A stretch of 64,000 nt of DNA, taken from Lingula anatina (lineage: Eukaryota; Animalia; Brachiopoda). Each line of letters opens with the position of its first letter. Positions within the stretch are counted from its first letter, which is position 1. The notes under the pieces are model-generated. The model searched no databases. It was not told the origin of the DNA and saw only the letters and a program-made list of their open reading frames with translations. The stretch covers positions 9,610,001 through 9,674,000 of the forward strand of contig CM120642.1 of assembly GCA_051362555.1 (NCBI GenBank). Reading direction: 5' to 3'. Position numbers and translations under genes: made by a program. Below are positions 12,150 through 25,785 of the stretch, in pieces.

Positions 12150-12799
12150 AAAAAAAAAGATGCAGAAAAGAGGTAATTTTGTCAATTTTATGCATTAATT
12201 ATTTTATGCAGTAATGAATAATGCTTATAATAGCACAGTCAATCAACAATGAATTTTAATCATGCAAAACAGCTTACATGGTCAATAACAGGGGCGGATC
12301 AAGAGATATTTTCTGACAGTATTCCAAGTTATCTTTGTTGATCCATCCTCCATTTTTGATGGTCTTTCAAAAGAAAAAAATAGGTACCCGTCAATGTAAA
12401 CATTAAAATCTGACCCCAAAGGAGGGTCTCAATTTGTCCTTGCAATAACATTACAGTGTCAATACCATTAGAGTTCAAATTCACATAATGAAAAACCTTA
12501 TATTTGATAAATGATGACAGTGTGTAAAATATCACTACATAATATTTAAAGACTTCAATACCAATACAATTGCTAATGTGGAAATACAGAAAATATGCAG
12601 AGTTTCAGGTGGATGGAAGTTAAAAGTCATATCTTTAAAATGTCATTGTTTGAAAAAAATAACATAAGAATATTCTAATAAACCTGCAATTCAAACTTTT
12701 AATCTGGCTGTATTAACATGATATGAATAACCCCATTAAGTTTGAGAATAATACCTGTAAGGTACTGTTATTCAATTATACCATTAATGTTGGCATGAC

Positions 12800-12845
<46 letters not shown>

Positions 12846-14070
12846 GTAATATTAAACAACATTTACCTGCATAATTATCACTGCTTCCTATCACTGTTAT
12901 CTGACAGAGAGCTTAACCTGTGGGAGTTTACAGGGAAATATCAACAAGTGCGTTTAGTGTTATCTCATTTAATACCCACTTGAAACTTAATTAGGCAAGT
13001 GACTTTATAGCTCTGAATTTAGCTAAGGATAAACCCAAGGGAAAATTACACCTTGACCACCCAAATGTGACTAACAAAGGTCTTTTAAGGCCCATAAGTC
13101 AAATCAGAAAATAATAATGGACAAAATAGGAGACTGTCAATTCTGATGCATAACTGCACAGCCAACATCAAATTTTAATTATGCATAACAGGTAATACCG
13201 ATAAAAGTAAAGGCAGTGCCCAAAATAGGGCTTTCTTCAATTTTGATGCAATATTACAAAATAACAGCAAAATGACCATCAATTTTTTATGGTAAGATAA
13301 AAATATAATGGATATTCAGAAAATGTGACTTGCAAAGGTCTTTAAGCCAATGGAAGTTTAAATTCACACCTTGAAAATGTCGTTTAGTGAAAAGTTAAAT
13401 TTTCACAAAAACAGTATAACTTCCAGAAAATTAACTAATGAGACAGAATGCTGTATTTCAGTCTTTTGCTTGTTTCCTGTAAGTGTGAGAGAGAATAAGT
13501 GACATGGTTTTCCTTTAACGGTCACTATGAAGGCAATGCCCAAAATAGGTTTTTTTTTTTTTTCAATTTTGAAGCAACATTACACAATGCTCAACAGCAC
13601 CATGACCATCATTTTTTTAAATAATAAAATTAAATTGTTATGGATTTTTAGAAAATGTGACTAGCAAAAGTCTTTAAGCCCATAGAATTCAGAGTCACAC
13701 CTTGAAAATCCCAAAATGTAAACAAAAGAACTGTACTGAAATAAGTTTATTTCCGTTTACAACACCTTTTTTTACATTAAATTAAATAATCACTTTACTG
13801 TCATTTTTACATGATCAACTGAGAAAAGTGTTGTCAAAGGTAAAATATCAATAGAAAAACTTTAAATGCTCAACTTGCTCCATTCTGAGATCCTTAACTT
13901 ATTGAAAAATTGAATCTGACGAACGGCAATGATAGCTCATTTCCATTTTTGGCACCTTATTACACAAAACACGATAATAGGTTTACCGTTGTTTTTATAT
14001 AATCAACTAACACAATTGTTAAGAAGCAGAAAATCAAAACAATACCTTTACCTATCTAATTGGTTCTATA
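12150..14070 (-). mobile_element. Degenerate internal fragment of Helentron/DINE-1-like family A
   Basis: Colinear similarity to the elements at 44040-47965 and 47965-50820; termini not seen. Confidence 0.65.
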
Positions 14071-14149
14071 AAGAGACAGTCAACATGCTTAAGAATCAGA
14101 ACCATACAAAAAAGGCAGAACTTCATCAAGAATATATATGTATAGCGGC

Positions 14150-14752
14150 AAAGCATTCCTAAGGATAGGTTTTTAGAGTTTAATCTGGAATAAAATCCCA
14201 GGCAATGGTTAAAACCTGGTGGTAAGATGACCATACCTTGGGTATGGCCTCTCTGTAGGAACATCAGTCTGGAAATTACTCTATAAAACTGTGCGATCGT
14301 TCCGTTGGGCGTAATAATCTGTCTTTTTCACGCCATTCTGCCACAGATTTTCAAGTTTGTGAAACACTGCTTAGCTCATTTTACGCACTGCATAACCGAG
14401 CGCTTGCATGCAAATTCTTCTTTGCGGTAGTTGCCGACATATGGATACTTTTTTTGACAGAACGGCAGTAGTCGCCGACATATGGATACTTTTAAACAGA
14501 ACTATGTTTTGCCAAAACCAAGCCTTGACCAGTCCAAAGGAGCTCTACCCAATTAAATCACTACATATTACACAATGCAGCAGTGCAACAGGCATGGTAG
14601 TCAGTTAATTGGTAGCGACACACCTGACTACACACTTCTCCATTCACATATCTTGAATGGAGTTTTCGAGTTTTTTGAAAAAAGAAAGCATTTTACCTAG
14701 GCATACCTTCGAAACTGAAACTTCCATATTAAAAGTCGTCTGAATATATATT
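14150..14752. mobile_element. Additional right-arm copy of the 10235-11956 foldback family
   Basis: Direct similarity to ~11400-11956, ending cctaggcataccttcgaaactgaaa...tatata. Confidence 0.65.
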
Positions 14753-15462
14753 TCCAAAATAAATACTAGTTCATGGGCGAAGAAAAAAGTGTACGTTTCC
14801 TGTCACTGCGCACGTCGATCACTTTACCTCCTTTTGCGGCGTTTGCAAGAATGGAAAATATCAACCACTACACACTGTACTCCAAATATTTTACAATTGC
14901 AAAATGGAATAGCATGTTCATTTCTAAGCGTAATTTCCAGCCAGACCTTATGGACTATTATGGTCAAGGTAGCAACGTCCTTCGAAATAGGCCTTCCCCC
15001 TAACATGATTCGTAATATGGCTTTGAGCTATCTTCTGTTCAAATATGTGACCTACGTAATTCTAAATGGTGATTGATGGGAAAGAAAGAATACTAAGCCA
15101 AAATATCAAAAATTTATGAAATTTATAAAATTTAAATTTTTTCGAGGGTATGACAGTTATTTTGAACAACGGTGCTTTAAGTACAGTCTTGCCGCTCTTT
15201 GCTGCCCACTCTTTGTCGTTTTTTTTTTTTTAATTTTAAAAAATATATTCTTTGGTCGTCAGAACATTGCCCATGTAGTAGTACATGTACTAACTGTTTT
15301 ATATAGTCAAAGAAAATATATGATTCCTTGATATAGTCATCACAGGTCTGTTTCCGATGCAGTATAGTTTCGAAGCTGAACTAAGAAATATGGGCAGATA
15401 TCTGATAGATCTACTGGGAGGACACTAGATTTTTATGACAGTTTTATGGTATTTTCAATTCT

Positions 15463-17232
15463 TTTTTTATGTACAGACACAGATTGCCATCACCTGCGTC
15501 TGTCGTCGCCGATGCCGATGCCGTCGCCGATGCCGTGCACTTTCCTTGTAAACACGATAAGTGGAGGACAGTTTTACTTTTTGGCTTTATATTTACAGAG
15601 CTGATGAATATTCATAAAACGCAGGTCAAGTTCGAAAATCAGCATGATCGGGCCATTATTGTAGAAGTTATGCTGTTTTTTATTTTTTCAGCATATATGC
15701 AACCCTGTAAACACATTTTAAGGAAAACCGTTAGGCCTGTTGTCATGAAACTCACAGGAGTAATCAATCTTACTAAAACGCAGGTCAAGTTCATAAATCG
15801 GCATGATCAGGCCACTATTTTAGTAGTTATGCTGTTTTTTCATTTTTCAGCATATATGCAACACTGTAAACACAATATAAGAAAAACAGATAGGCCAATT
15901 GTCATTAAACTCACAGGAGTGGTCAATCTTACTAAAACACAGGCTGAGTTCGAAAATCAGCATAATTGGGCCATTATTTTAGAAGTTATGCTGTTTTTTT
16001 CACATTTCCTCAAATTCAACTCTTAGGCATATTAACAGTCTCATTATTGAACTAATAAGATACATAAAAGTGTTTGTTTGACATTTCCTGCATGTTTACA
16101 ACATTGTTAGTTGATTATGTAAAAATGATGGTAAACTTGTTATCATGTATTGTGTAATAAAGTGTCAAAAATGGAAATAAACTCATATCATTGCTGTTTG
16201 TCAGATTCAATCATTCACTTTGTTCAGAATCTCAGAATGGAGGAAAATGGACATTTAACACTGCTCTTTTGATATTTTTCCCATCTCATCAATTTTCTTA
16301 GTTGATCATATAAAGATTGCAGTAAACTGTTTATTTTGTTTAATGTTAAAAAAGTGTTAAAAATGGAAATAAACCCATTTCAGAATAGTGCTGACTTGTT
16401 TACATTTTGGCATTTTCAAGATGTGACTTTGAAGTTCCATGGGCCTGAAGACCTTTGCTAGTCACATTTTCTGAACATCCATAATACTAATATTTTATTA
16501 TTAAAATTGATGGCCATTATGCTGTTAAACATTATGTAATATTGCATAAAATTTCAAAATTTGAAAAAAAGACTATTTTGGGCACTGCTCCCATGATGAC
16601 CATTTAAGAAAAACCATGTAACTTACTGTTTTCAAACTTACAGGAAAGAAATAACGACTAAAATACAGCTTCAGAAGGCAATGCAGTCAGTTTGGTAATT
16701 CTTACTGTTAGTTAAACAGTTTTTTGTGAAAATTCAATTTTTCACATTTTGGCATTTTCAAGGTGTGACTTTGAAGTTTCACGGGCTTGAAGACCCATGC
16801 TAGTCACATTTTCTGAAAATCCATGATACTAATATTTTATTATTAAAAATTGACGGTCATTATGCTGTTTACCATTATGTTATGTGGCATCAGAATAGAA
16901 GAAAACACAATTTTGGGTGCTGCTGCCATTATGGGAAAACCATGTTACTTATGATTTCCAAACTTTCAAAAAAGAAATACAGGCCTAAAATGCAGCCTGA
17001 GTTGGAAAAGCAGTCTAATTAGCTTCTTTTTCTGGAAGTTATACATTTTCAAAGTGTGAACTTGTTACACATTTTACTTACATTGGTATTACCTGTTGAG
17101 CATAATTAAAATTTGATGTTGAATTTGCAGTTTAACATAATGTACTTTTGCATCAGAATTGACAGTGGCCTATTTTGTGCATAGTTATTTCCTGTTTTTT
17201 GTCTGTACATTTGACAGCTTTGCTGCCTTGTT
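15463..17232 (+). mobile_element. Helentron/DINE-1-like non-autonomous element, family A (short form)
   Basis: 5' ttttatgtacagacac, GTCGCC microsatellite, three ~160-bp repeats, 3' gtctgtacat subTIR plus gacagc-ttt-gctgcc stem-loop and ttgtt. Confidence 0.8.
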
Positions 17233-17966
17233 TTTCTATTTATCTATTTTGGTCCCCAATTTATATTTGTATTCAACTCAAAATATGTGCTGCATGTTTC
17301 TTTGCCGATCGAGATATGTAGTGAGGAGAAATTTTTGGCAGCTGCGACGGAAGTGTGCGGTCATTTTAAATAGGCCACCCACTTCTGTCGTAACCAGGGG
17401 TAAGAAACGCGCTACTTGAATGATTGTGGTGAGCACGGAGTTCAGTAAGGTGTGACAGGTATAGTTCTCTGCTGGAAACCTTTCCAGAAATCCGTCTTAT
17501 TAACGATAACAAACGGCCTCAAACGTCCACAAGCATCAAAAGCATCAATGTCTATATACATATATTTGACATAATGTGGTACTTTTTAAAAGCTTGAAAA
17601 CAGTATAGTGTCCTAATTTGTAGATCTATTGAACAACAACAGAAGGGAGGCCAATTCCACTTTGAAAGTAGCATTAATACATCCTATTAATATTTCCTAT
17701 CTGATATAGCAATTTATGAGCTTTCCAAAACATTTTTTTTTCTGAAAATCAAGCAAGCCAAGCCGTAAAAGTTGAAGCCAAAAGTGTCACCTAATTGCCC
17801 AACCAATTAAAAAAATAGCATAACTTTGAATAGAGTAAAATATCCATTTGAAATTTTGTCCAGTTACACTACACCTCAAGAGTTGACACCTTGGGTTTCA
17901 GGTGGACACGAGAAACATGCACACATACTAGTTGTTCAGTGTGGGGCTCAATGTTCTCCACCACCT

Positions 17967-18559
17967 TGTAACCTTCGTTGGTTACTTATTTTTAAGAGAA
18001 CGGCGGCTTAAAAACTCAGAACAACTTCAGTTGTAATTCATAAAGATCTTTATTCTTTCCAGACGGGCTACAGGCTGTCACGCAGGCAGGGACAGTCGTG
18101 ACGATCTCCCGGGGTCTCTCTCTTTCTACTTCAGAGGCCCAGTTTTTATAGGGAATCGCACAGATTCCTGCGTGCCGTGAACTATTAGTTTAAACGTAAA
18201 TAACTGCATCCGCTATAAACAGTCGATCATTATAACTAGATATTGGTTACTGTTGCCCTGAGCATGGATATATTATCTGGGAAACTTGCGTATATTCATC
18301 AATAACGGGATCAATAGGCCTATAACAAACAAAGGTCTAAATTACAGCAAGATTTATTATAAAATACACACCATCTTATTTTGGTAACCATGAGGAACAT
18401 CTGCTGCTGGTAACTTAAACATAATTGTTCTTGTGGACGCGCGTCGGCACTTGTGGTCGCTCAAGGACGCAACCATATATATAGCCTATATATAATTTTT
18501 AAAAAAAGTCTGGTTACGCCGCTGCCGTTGTCCGTTTCCCCTTACTTGGTAAGGTGACA
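17967..18559 (-). mobile_element. Probable retrotransposon LTR with adjacent PBS-like sequence
   Basis: On the - strand TGTCACCTT...AAGGTTACA (TG..CA, 8/9 inverted match), internal AATAAA, then TGGTGGAGAA 3 nt later. No TSD or gag/pol seen. Confidence 0.45.
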
Positions 18560-18624
18560 TTCGCACTACAGGCCTTTACTAACCCAAATACTCCGAATAT
18601 AACCCTTTGTGTACCTGTACCTAT

Positions 18625-19061
18625 GGCCTAGGTCCCGACTACGTTTTTCACGCACGGTTTTTAGGTTCCTTGCGTCCGGCAAGGACGTAGCAAGATCGCA
18701 CGTAGCGGCTGTTGATCATGTCGAAAAGTTAAGCCTAGGTCCCAACTACGTTTTCGACGCACGGTTTTTTGGTTCCTTGCGTCCAGCTAGGACGTAGCTA
18801 GACCGCACGTAGCGGCTGTTGATCATGTCGAAAAGTTTCTACGTGCTGTTTGCGTCCTACAGAAGTCGCACGATGGACGTGCTCCTCACGCACGAACTCC
18901 CACGTTTTCCCCATTTTTTGGCCGTAGACCACACGTGGCAGCCCATACGTTCGGTTGGGACCTAGGCTTTACTTGATTCCCTCCCTGCGATTTAGCTACG
19001 TCCTAGACGGACGCAAGGAACCTAAAAACCGTGCGTCCAAAACGTAGTTGGGACCTAGGCT
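18625..19061. mobile_element. Harbinger-like MITE containing a nested copy of the same family (18732-18968)
   Basis: TIR (A/G)GCCTAGGTCCC(A/G)AC; outer TSD TAT, inner TSD TTA. Confidence 0.75.
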
Positions 19062-19163
19062 TATGAGAACCTGCGACCTACTTCCATTCTTAGGACAAGG
19101 CCTACCATTCCTGTCACACTACTCGTCAGCAAGGTGTGCCTACCTTGAATGGAGTTAACTTAA

Positions 19164-19503
19164 AGGGATAATAACTCCTCGTATGAGATCTATATTTCAC
19201 AATAAAAACATTGTGAATAACTCATAGAAATATAATATATTCTGTTTTACCACAAAAACGTCAGTCGTACCTGTTTTTTTTCTATCTGAGCTGGTCTTTA
19301 GACCACGTGGCCTCCATGGATGGCTATACTTTGTTAAAATCGCTAAAAAGATTTTGACAAAAAACCAAAAAAAAAAAAAAAAAACAAAAAAAAACAGGGA
19401 CTAACTTTGAATGTAAAAATAGATTCATTAACCATTGGCAAGTATGGGAAAATTGTTGTTTACGCCAGGAAAATGTTGGCCGAAACAAAGAGTTATTATC
19501 CCT
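19164..19503. mobile_element. Kolobok-like MITE, second copy in opposite orientation
   Basis: Same TIRs and TTAA TSD; interior is the reverse complement of 9888-10224. Confidence 0.8.
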
Positions 19504-20733
19504 TTAAGTATTTTATATATGCTGTTGTTTGAAGGTTTGTAAGATAAATGTTTTTGTTAGGCTACATTAAAATGTTTCTTACTGCAAGGAAAGATAAGTG
19601 TAACTTGTATGGCTTGGGGGGGGGGGGGGGGGGTTAGAGGCCATATCTCAAAGTGGAACATTACCTATTTTTTCTATACGTTAGAAATGGAATTCGTGTA
19701 TTTTGAATATTTATCTTATTTTCTGAAGGTCCATTATAACTTGCCACGCTGTTGTGTTTTATGGAATAAATATTAGGCCTACGGAAGAATAAAAACTAGC
19801 TGTTGAAATATTACATTGTGTTTTGACCATTAGGCCTATATGATAATAATATTGATACTATAATTATCAAATAATTCATAAATCAATTAGTTAATGAATA
19901 ATAAGGTAAATAAATAATTATAAAAGCGGTGGACCTACGTCGGCCCAACCGCTACTGTAGTTGATGGGCCGACGTACAGGTAGTTGGTGTCGGCGGCCCA
20001 ACGTCGGCCCACCACCGACATGCTATCTGGGACGTGTTTTCGCTGGATATGTGATCTTCTCCTGTGGTTTTCAGTATACACTATACACGGTTTGCTTGTA
20101 CATACCCTAAGTTTAAACTTCGGTGGCGTCGGTAATAGTCGTTTCTCACCCCTCGCTTGTATTACCCCTGTCGATCGCCACCCATGCAGGAGCTGCCAAT
20201 ATTATATGTATTGCAGTAACATGCATGTAAACATTGTTGTGTTAAGGTGTCTAAGGTCATGGTAGTGAAACAAACGCTGTTTTGATGTTACTAAGGTAAC
20301 ATATTTGTGTGTCGTTTCAGTATTTAGTGACGCCCCTCTGATTAAGCAAGAGTATGCAAAGAGATGGTTTAGAATAATCAAGATGACGGTCAAAAAATAA
20401 GTAAACGTTCTGTATTTACAGTTATTATTAGTTGACGTCACACGTACATCTTAGCAACCGGCAAATATTAGTATATGAGATAAGCGGCGAGGTCAACATG
20501 TCGGACTGCATTGACTTTACCATCTCCCTAGGATTACCCCTGGTTGTACGTAAATGTCGTCAGATTTTGTCCGATCATATCATACTTCACAGTGCTTGAC
20601 CACTTGTGTCAATGAGCGCCAGTGTGGCCCGTCTTGGGAATATGTTACTCCAGCATCATATGGTCAAAGCGGCGCTGTATGCTGACGATTTTTTTCACAG
20701 GTAGTTATTTGGACGATGTGCTGGGAGGGAACG

Positions 20734-20901
20734 CAGGGGCGGATTTAGGCCGCCTTCTGGGTCTTCTGGAAGACGGTCAGATTTTCAAGTTTACATTGAT
20801 GGGTGTCTAATTTTTTCTGTCGGAAGACCGTCAAAAATAAAGGGCGAATCAACAAAGATAATTTGGAAGACTGTCAGAAAATGTCTCTGGATCCGCCCCT
20901 G
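20734..20901 (+). mobile_element. Short MITE with CAGGGGCGGAT TIRs
   Basis: caggggcggattt...ggatccgcccctg with gaacg on both flanks. Confidence 0.7.
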
Positions 20902-21352
20902 GAACGATATCATAGAAAGCGATTATAAAGTGGTGACTGAGGATGGTCGCCATGAGTTTTTTTGAGTCGGTGATAGATGGCTTTTCTTTTGCACAACACA
21001 GTGAAAAATCATCAAGGATAAGTCAAAAGAAAACGTCCCAACTGTGGTTTGTGAAAATGACATTCAAGTGAACGTCTGTCCTCACTGCCGAAGGGCATAA
21101 TATTAATACATAAACGTTTGGACCCCCCTGCCCTTTGGTCCCATAAACATATGCATTGAGACAGTGCCTAAGCTTTGTGACTGGTTTTAAATTTCTTTAA
21201 GTAATGCCACGACATGTCAGTTTACTAAATACTCGTTATAAATTTCTTTATCTTGGAAATCTCCATTTTTATTTTCAGGATTATTTTGACACATACTAAC
21301 ATTTCTTATTTGTCGGTAAACAAGTGCACAGTGCTAAACATTAAGAATAATT

Positions 21353-21358
21353 TTTATT
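21353..21358 (-). terminator. Candidate polyadenylation signal (AATAAA) for the distal NTE 3' end
   Basis: tttatt on the + strand, close to where the CpG-poor gene-body-like sequence ends. Confidence 0.35.
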
Positions 21359-22229
21359 CATTCATAAATATATTTATGTACAAAATATATCAGAAATTTT
21401 AGCATTAACTGAGCTCTTTAAAGTGAAACAAATAAAGATGAGAATTTTGAATTTCAAACTATTATTTACTATATTAACTTAAAATATCTTTTAAGTCAAC
21501 TCTATACTCAAGCATCATGATAGTAGCATCTGTGAGTAAAACCATTTTATTATATCAATAGAACAAAAACAAAATTTTACACACAAGCAGTAATTAATGA
21601 AGTCATAAGAATGATTAAGTTGCTATAGTTCCAGTTTTATGCAGTCTGTGTTGGAATTTTTTTCAACCGTGCAAATAGAAATAATTATATTCTTTTTTAT
21701 CTGACTTGCTGATACCAGTCTGCGCCAGATACTATTCCACTCACAGGCCAGCAAGGTCTGAGAATCTAATGGGCTGAATGAAAAAAAAAAAAAACCCTAG
21801 AAGATAAAGTGGCTGATTCTTACAAATAGGATAAAAAACATGGGATTTTCAAAAGGTTATTATAAATCAAGACAACACTTAGTAAGAACATTTATAAAAT
21901 GAACTGGAGTACATGTTACAGCTGAAAAAATTAACTGGGCCAGTAAGTGACTGCTTTAAAGAAATTTCACTGAAACAGTCCAAATTTTACTGGCAATCAA
22001 GTAGACTGTTATACCATGGCACTCAACAAATTATATATATAGGTTTTAAATTTTTTTCCATGTGACAGTAACATAAAATTTATGTCAACTTTTGAAATGT
22101 ATAGAGTCAGTTAAGTGACTGAAAATATTTTAAAATGTCATGAAGGAACACTATTAATTTAATGCAAGCTCTGTTGGCCAGTCTTATCCAGTTTCTTCTC
22201 CAAAAAAGACAACTCAAGTGAGAATTTCT

Positions 22230-22283
22230 TCAGGGCCTTTTCTTCTGCCTGCCAATGCCATGCCACTCAGAAAAGAGAGAAAC
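22230..22283 (-). CDS. PNPLA7: Candidate distal alternative terminal exon of NTE (VSLFSEWHGIGRQKKRP*)
   Basis: Strong acceptor tttttttttctaaccttcag with CTAAC branch motif; phase-0 reading stops at 22232-22230; AATAAA downstream at 21358-21353. Confidence 0.45.
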   Translation of the reverse strand, partial: VSLFSEWHGIGRQKKRP

Positions 22284-23819
22284 CTGAAGGTTAGAAAAAA
22301 AAACATAAAAATAGCATTATGAACTACTAGTCTCCATGTAGACGTTATGGTATTACGCAGTGAAGTTTAATGTGTCTTGTTATGACTTGACTGAAATAAT
22401 GTTCACCACATAAATGAACAATTTACAACTAAATTTATGTAGAATATCAAGATTCATAATCACAAGCTAATAACCCCAAGAAATTGAAAGAAATTGTACT
22501 TATTACAAGAAATTATTTAAATCTGCCCTGGTTCCTACTCTTCTGACAGGACAAAAAGGGGATTTCAGAGAGGCTGGTTGCTAAAAGGAAAATGTCCAAG
22601 GTTGTTGTATTTTGAAAAAAAATTAAAAAGGGTACTGTTGTTAGTGAATGTTTAATGCATCTTAGGCATTATGACAAAAGTAACTTACCCCAGACACGCT
22701 GACCTCCTTTTTTCATTGACATTTTTAAATTTTTTCCAGCCTGACCATAATTCATATATTCAATGCAGCCTTCTCCCATATCTATAATAGAAGAAAAAAA
22801 AAACTTAAGTGTTAAGATATGCATGTAAAATTCAATTTTGAGAGAATTTCTGTTTCCACACATCAAGATGAAATATTTACTTTCAAGTAATGAATAAACC
22901 TTAATAGAGTTCTATTCTTTTGTAACCACCAAGGCAAAGCTTCTTTCTTAAAATGAACTGAAACATCCAAGCTTGCCACCTAACATGCCAAATTAGTGAA
23001 GTATAATTAAAGTAGAGAAGCAAGTACCCCTTAATTATAGAGGTGTCTTACACAATAAGGTGTGTCTTACACACCTTGACTCAAAGGGAGATGTGTAGTG
23101 AGATAACAGGTAAAGTAATTGGTATAGCCTAGGTGAACTTAAAACCTGTAGACTTTAAATTAAAAGCACCAGGATTCATGTATGTTCTTTTTTCAAAGGT
23201 TTAATATAAATTAAATCACATATATGTAAAAAGAAGACTAAATAAGTTAAAAATAACTATGCCATGAAGTCAAACTTCATGTTAGACCGCCATGATGGAA
23301 AATGCTGGGTGGAGGCAATATTTTCCAGTCAAAAAAACTGAGCACTTTACTTTAACAACAAAGTTACCACTCCAAAGCCACCCACCATGGTGAGAAGAAA
23401 AATGATGACCAACTGTCATGATAAGTCTTTTTAGATTTAAACATGAAAAAGGTAAAGGCCAAAATGGTACATTTACCCATAACACTAGAGTAAAAAATTG
23501 GTATTCTGAACAAATCAGGTTATTTTTTTCAAGAAATATTGGAGCAGTATCCATGCAATATATACCACGCCACGACCAAGATGTTCAAGAATCTAAACAC
23601 ACCAAATTTTTTTATAATCTTGCATTTGAAAAGTACAAAAAGCGGTAAGGCTTTTGGCCGTAACAAGCGTAACACTTTTTGATCGGAACTCATGAAAATT
23701 GTCAATTGTCGTATCCAAGCTAGACCACATGTAAAATCGCAAAAAAAACAATACTGCTCAAGCGTGTTGCAAACATAACAATTAGTTAAATTTTATGACT
23801 GTCATGTGACACAAGTTTC

Positions 23820-25785
23820 AACAAGGCAGCAAAGCTGTCAAATGTACAGACAAAAAGCAGGAAATAACAAAATAGGCTACTGTCAATTCTGATGCAAAAG
23901 TACATTATGTTAAACTGCAAATTCAACATCAAATTTTATGCTCAACAGGTAATACCAATGTAAGTAAAATGTGAAACAAGCATAAGGCTTCAGGCCCATG
24001 GGAGTTCAAGTTCACACTTTGAAAATGTAAAACTTCCAGAAAAAGAAGTCAATTAGACTGCTTTTCCAACTCAGGCTGCATTTTAGTCCTGTATTTCTTT
24101 TTTGAAAGTTTGGCAATCATAAGTAACATGGTTTTCCCATAATGGTCATCATGGCAGCAGCACCCAAAATTGTGTTTTCTTCTATTCTGATGCAATATTA
24201 AATAATGGTTAACAGCATAATGACAATCAATTTTTAATAACAAAATATATGTATCATGGATTTTCAGAAAATGTGACTAGCCTGGGTCTTCAAGCCTGTG
24301 GAACTTCAAAGTCACACCTTGAAAATGCCAATATGTGAAAAATTAAATTTTCACAAAAAAAACTGTTTATCTGGCAGATTGCATTGCCTACTGAAGCTGT
24401 ATTTTAGTCCCATGTTTCTTTCCTGTAAGTTTGAGAACAGTAAGTGACATGGTTTTTCTTAAAAGGTAATCATGGGAGCAGTGCCGAAAATAGGTTTTTT
24501 TCAAATTTTGATGCAATATTACATAATGTTTAACAGCATAATGACCATCAATTTTTAATAATAAAATATTAGTATCATGGATATTCAGAAAATGTGACTA
24601 GCAAAGGTCTTCAGGCCCATGGAACTTTAAAGTCACAACTTGAAAATGCCAAAATGTAAACAAGACAGCACTGTTCTGAAATGTTTTTTTCCCCATTTTT
24701 AACAATTTTTAACCTAAAACAAAATTAACAGTTTACTGCCATTTTTATATGATCAACTAAGAAAATTGATAAGATGAGAAAAGTATCAATAGAGCAGTGT
24801 TAAATGTCCAATTTCTTCCATTCTGAGATTCTGAACATAGTGAATGATTGAATCTGACAAATTGCAATGATATGAGTTTATTTCCATTTTTGAAACTTGA
24901 TTAAACAATACACGATAACATGTTTACCATCATTTTTACAAAATCAACTAACAATGTTGTAAAGATGCAGGAAATGTCAAACAAACACTTTCACGTATCT
25001 TATTAGTTTAATAATGAGACTGTTAACATGCCTAAAAATTGAATCTGAGGAAATGTGAAAAAACAGCATACCTTCTAAAATAATGGCACGATTATGCTGA
25101 TTTACAAACTCAACCTGCATTTTTGTAAAATTGACCACTCCTGTGACTTTCATGACAATTGGCCCATCTGTTTTTCTTATATTGTGTTTACAGTGTTGCA
25201 TATATGCTGAAAAGTGTAAAAAACAGCATAACTAGTAAAATGGTGGCCCGATCATGCCGATTTTCGAAATTGACCTGCATTTTAGTAAGATTGATTACTC
25301 CTGTGAGTTTCATGACAACAGGTCTATTGGTTTTCCTTGAAATGTGTTAACAGTGTTGCATATATGTTGAAAAGTGAAAAAACAGCATAACTACTAAAAT
25401 AGTGGCCCGATCATGCCGATTTTCGAACTTGATCTGCGTTTTAGTAAGACTGATTACTCCTGTGAGTTTCATGACAACAGGCCTATCGGTTTTCCTTGAA
25501 ATGTGTTAACAGTGTTGCATATATGCTAAAAAGTGAAAAAACGGCATAAATTCTACAATAATGGCCCGATCATGCTGATTTTCGAACTTGACCTGCGTTT
25601 TATGAATATAGGTCAGCTCTGTAAATATGAAGCCAAAAAGTAAAACTGTCTTCCACTTATGGTGTTAACGCTGAAAGTGCACGGCGACTGCGACAGCGAC
25701 GGCGACATGATCGGCGACGGCGACGGCGACGACAGACGCAGGTGATGGCAATATGTACAGACACATCTGTGTCTGTACATAAAAA
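23820..25785 (-). mobile_element. Helentron/DINE-1-like element, family A
   Basis: Both termini present (aacaaggcagcaaagctgtcaaatgtacagac ... atgtacagacacatctgtgtctgtacataaaaa); four ~160-bp repeats. Confidence 0.85.

Noticed and set aside
15469-16026. 185-aa ORF, the longest in the track
   Set aside because: Read-through of the family A microsatellite and ~160-bp repeats; other copies are interrupted by stops and frameshifts.
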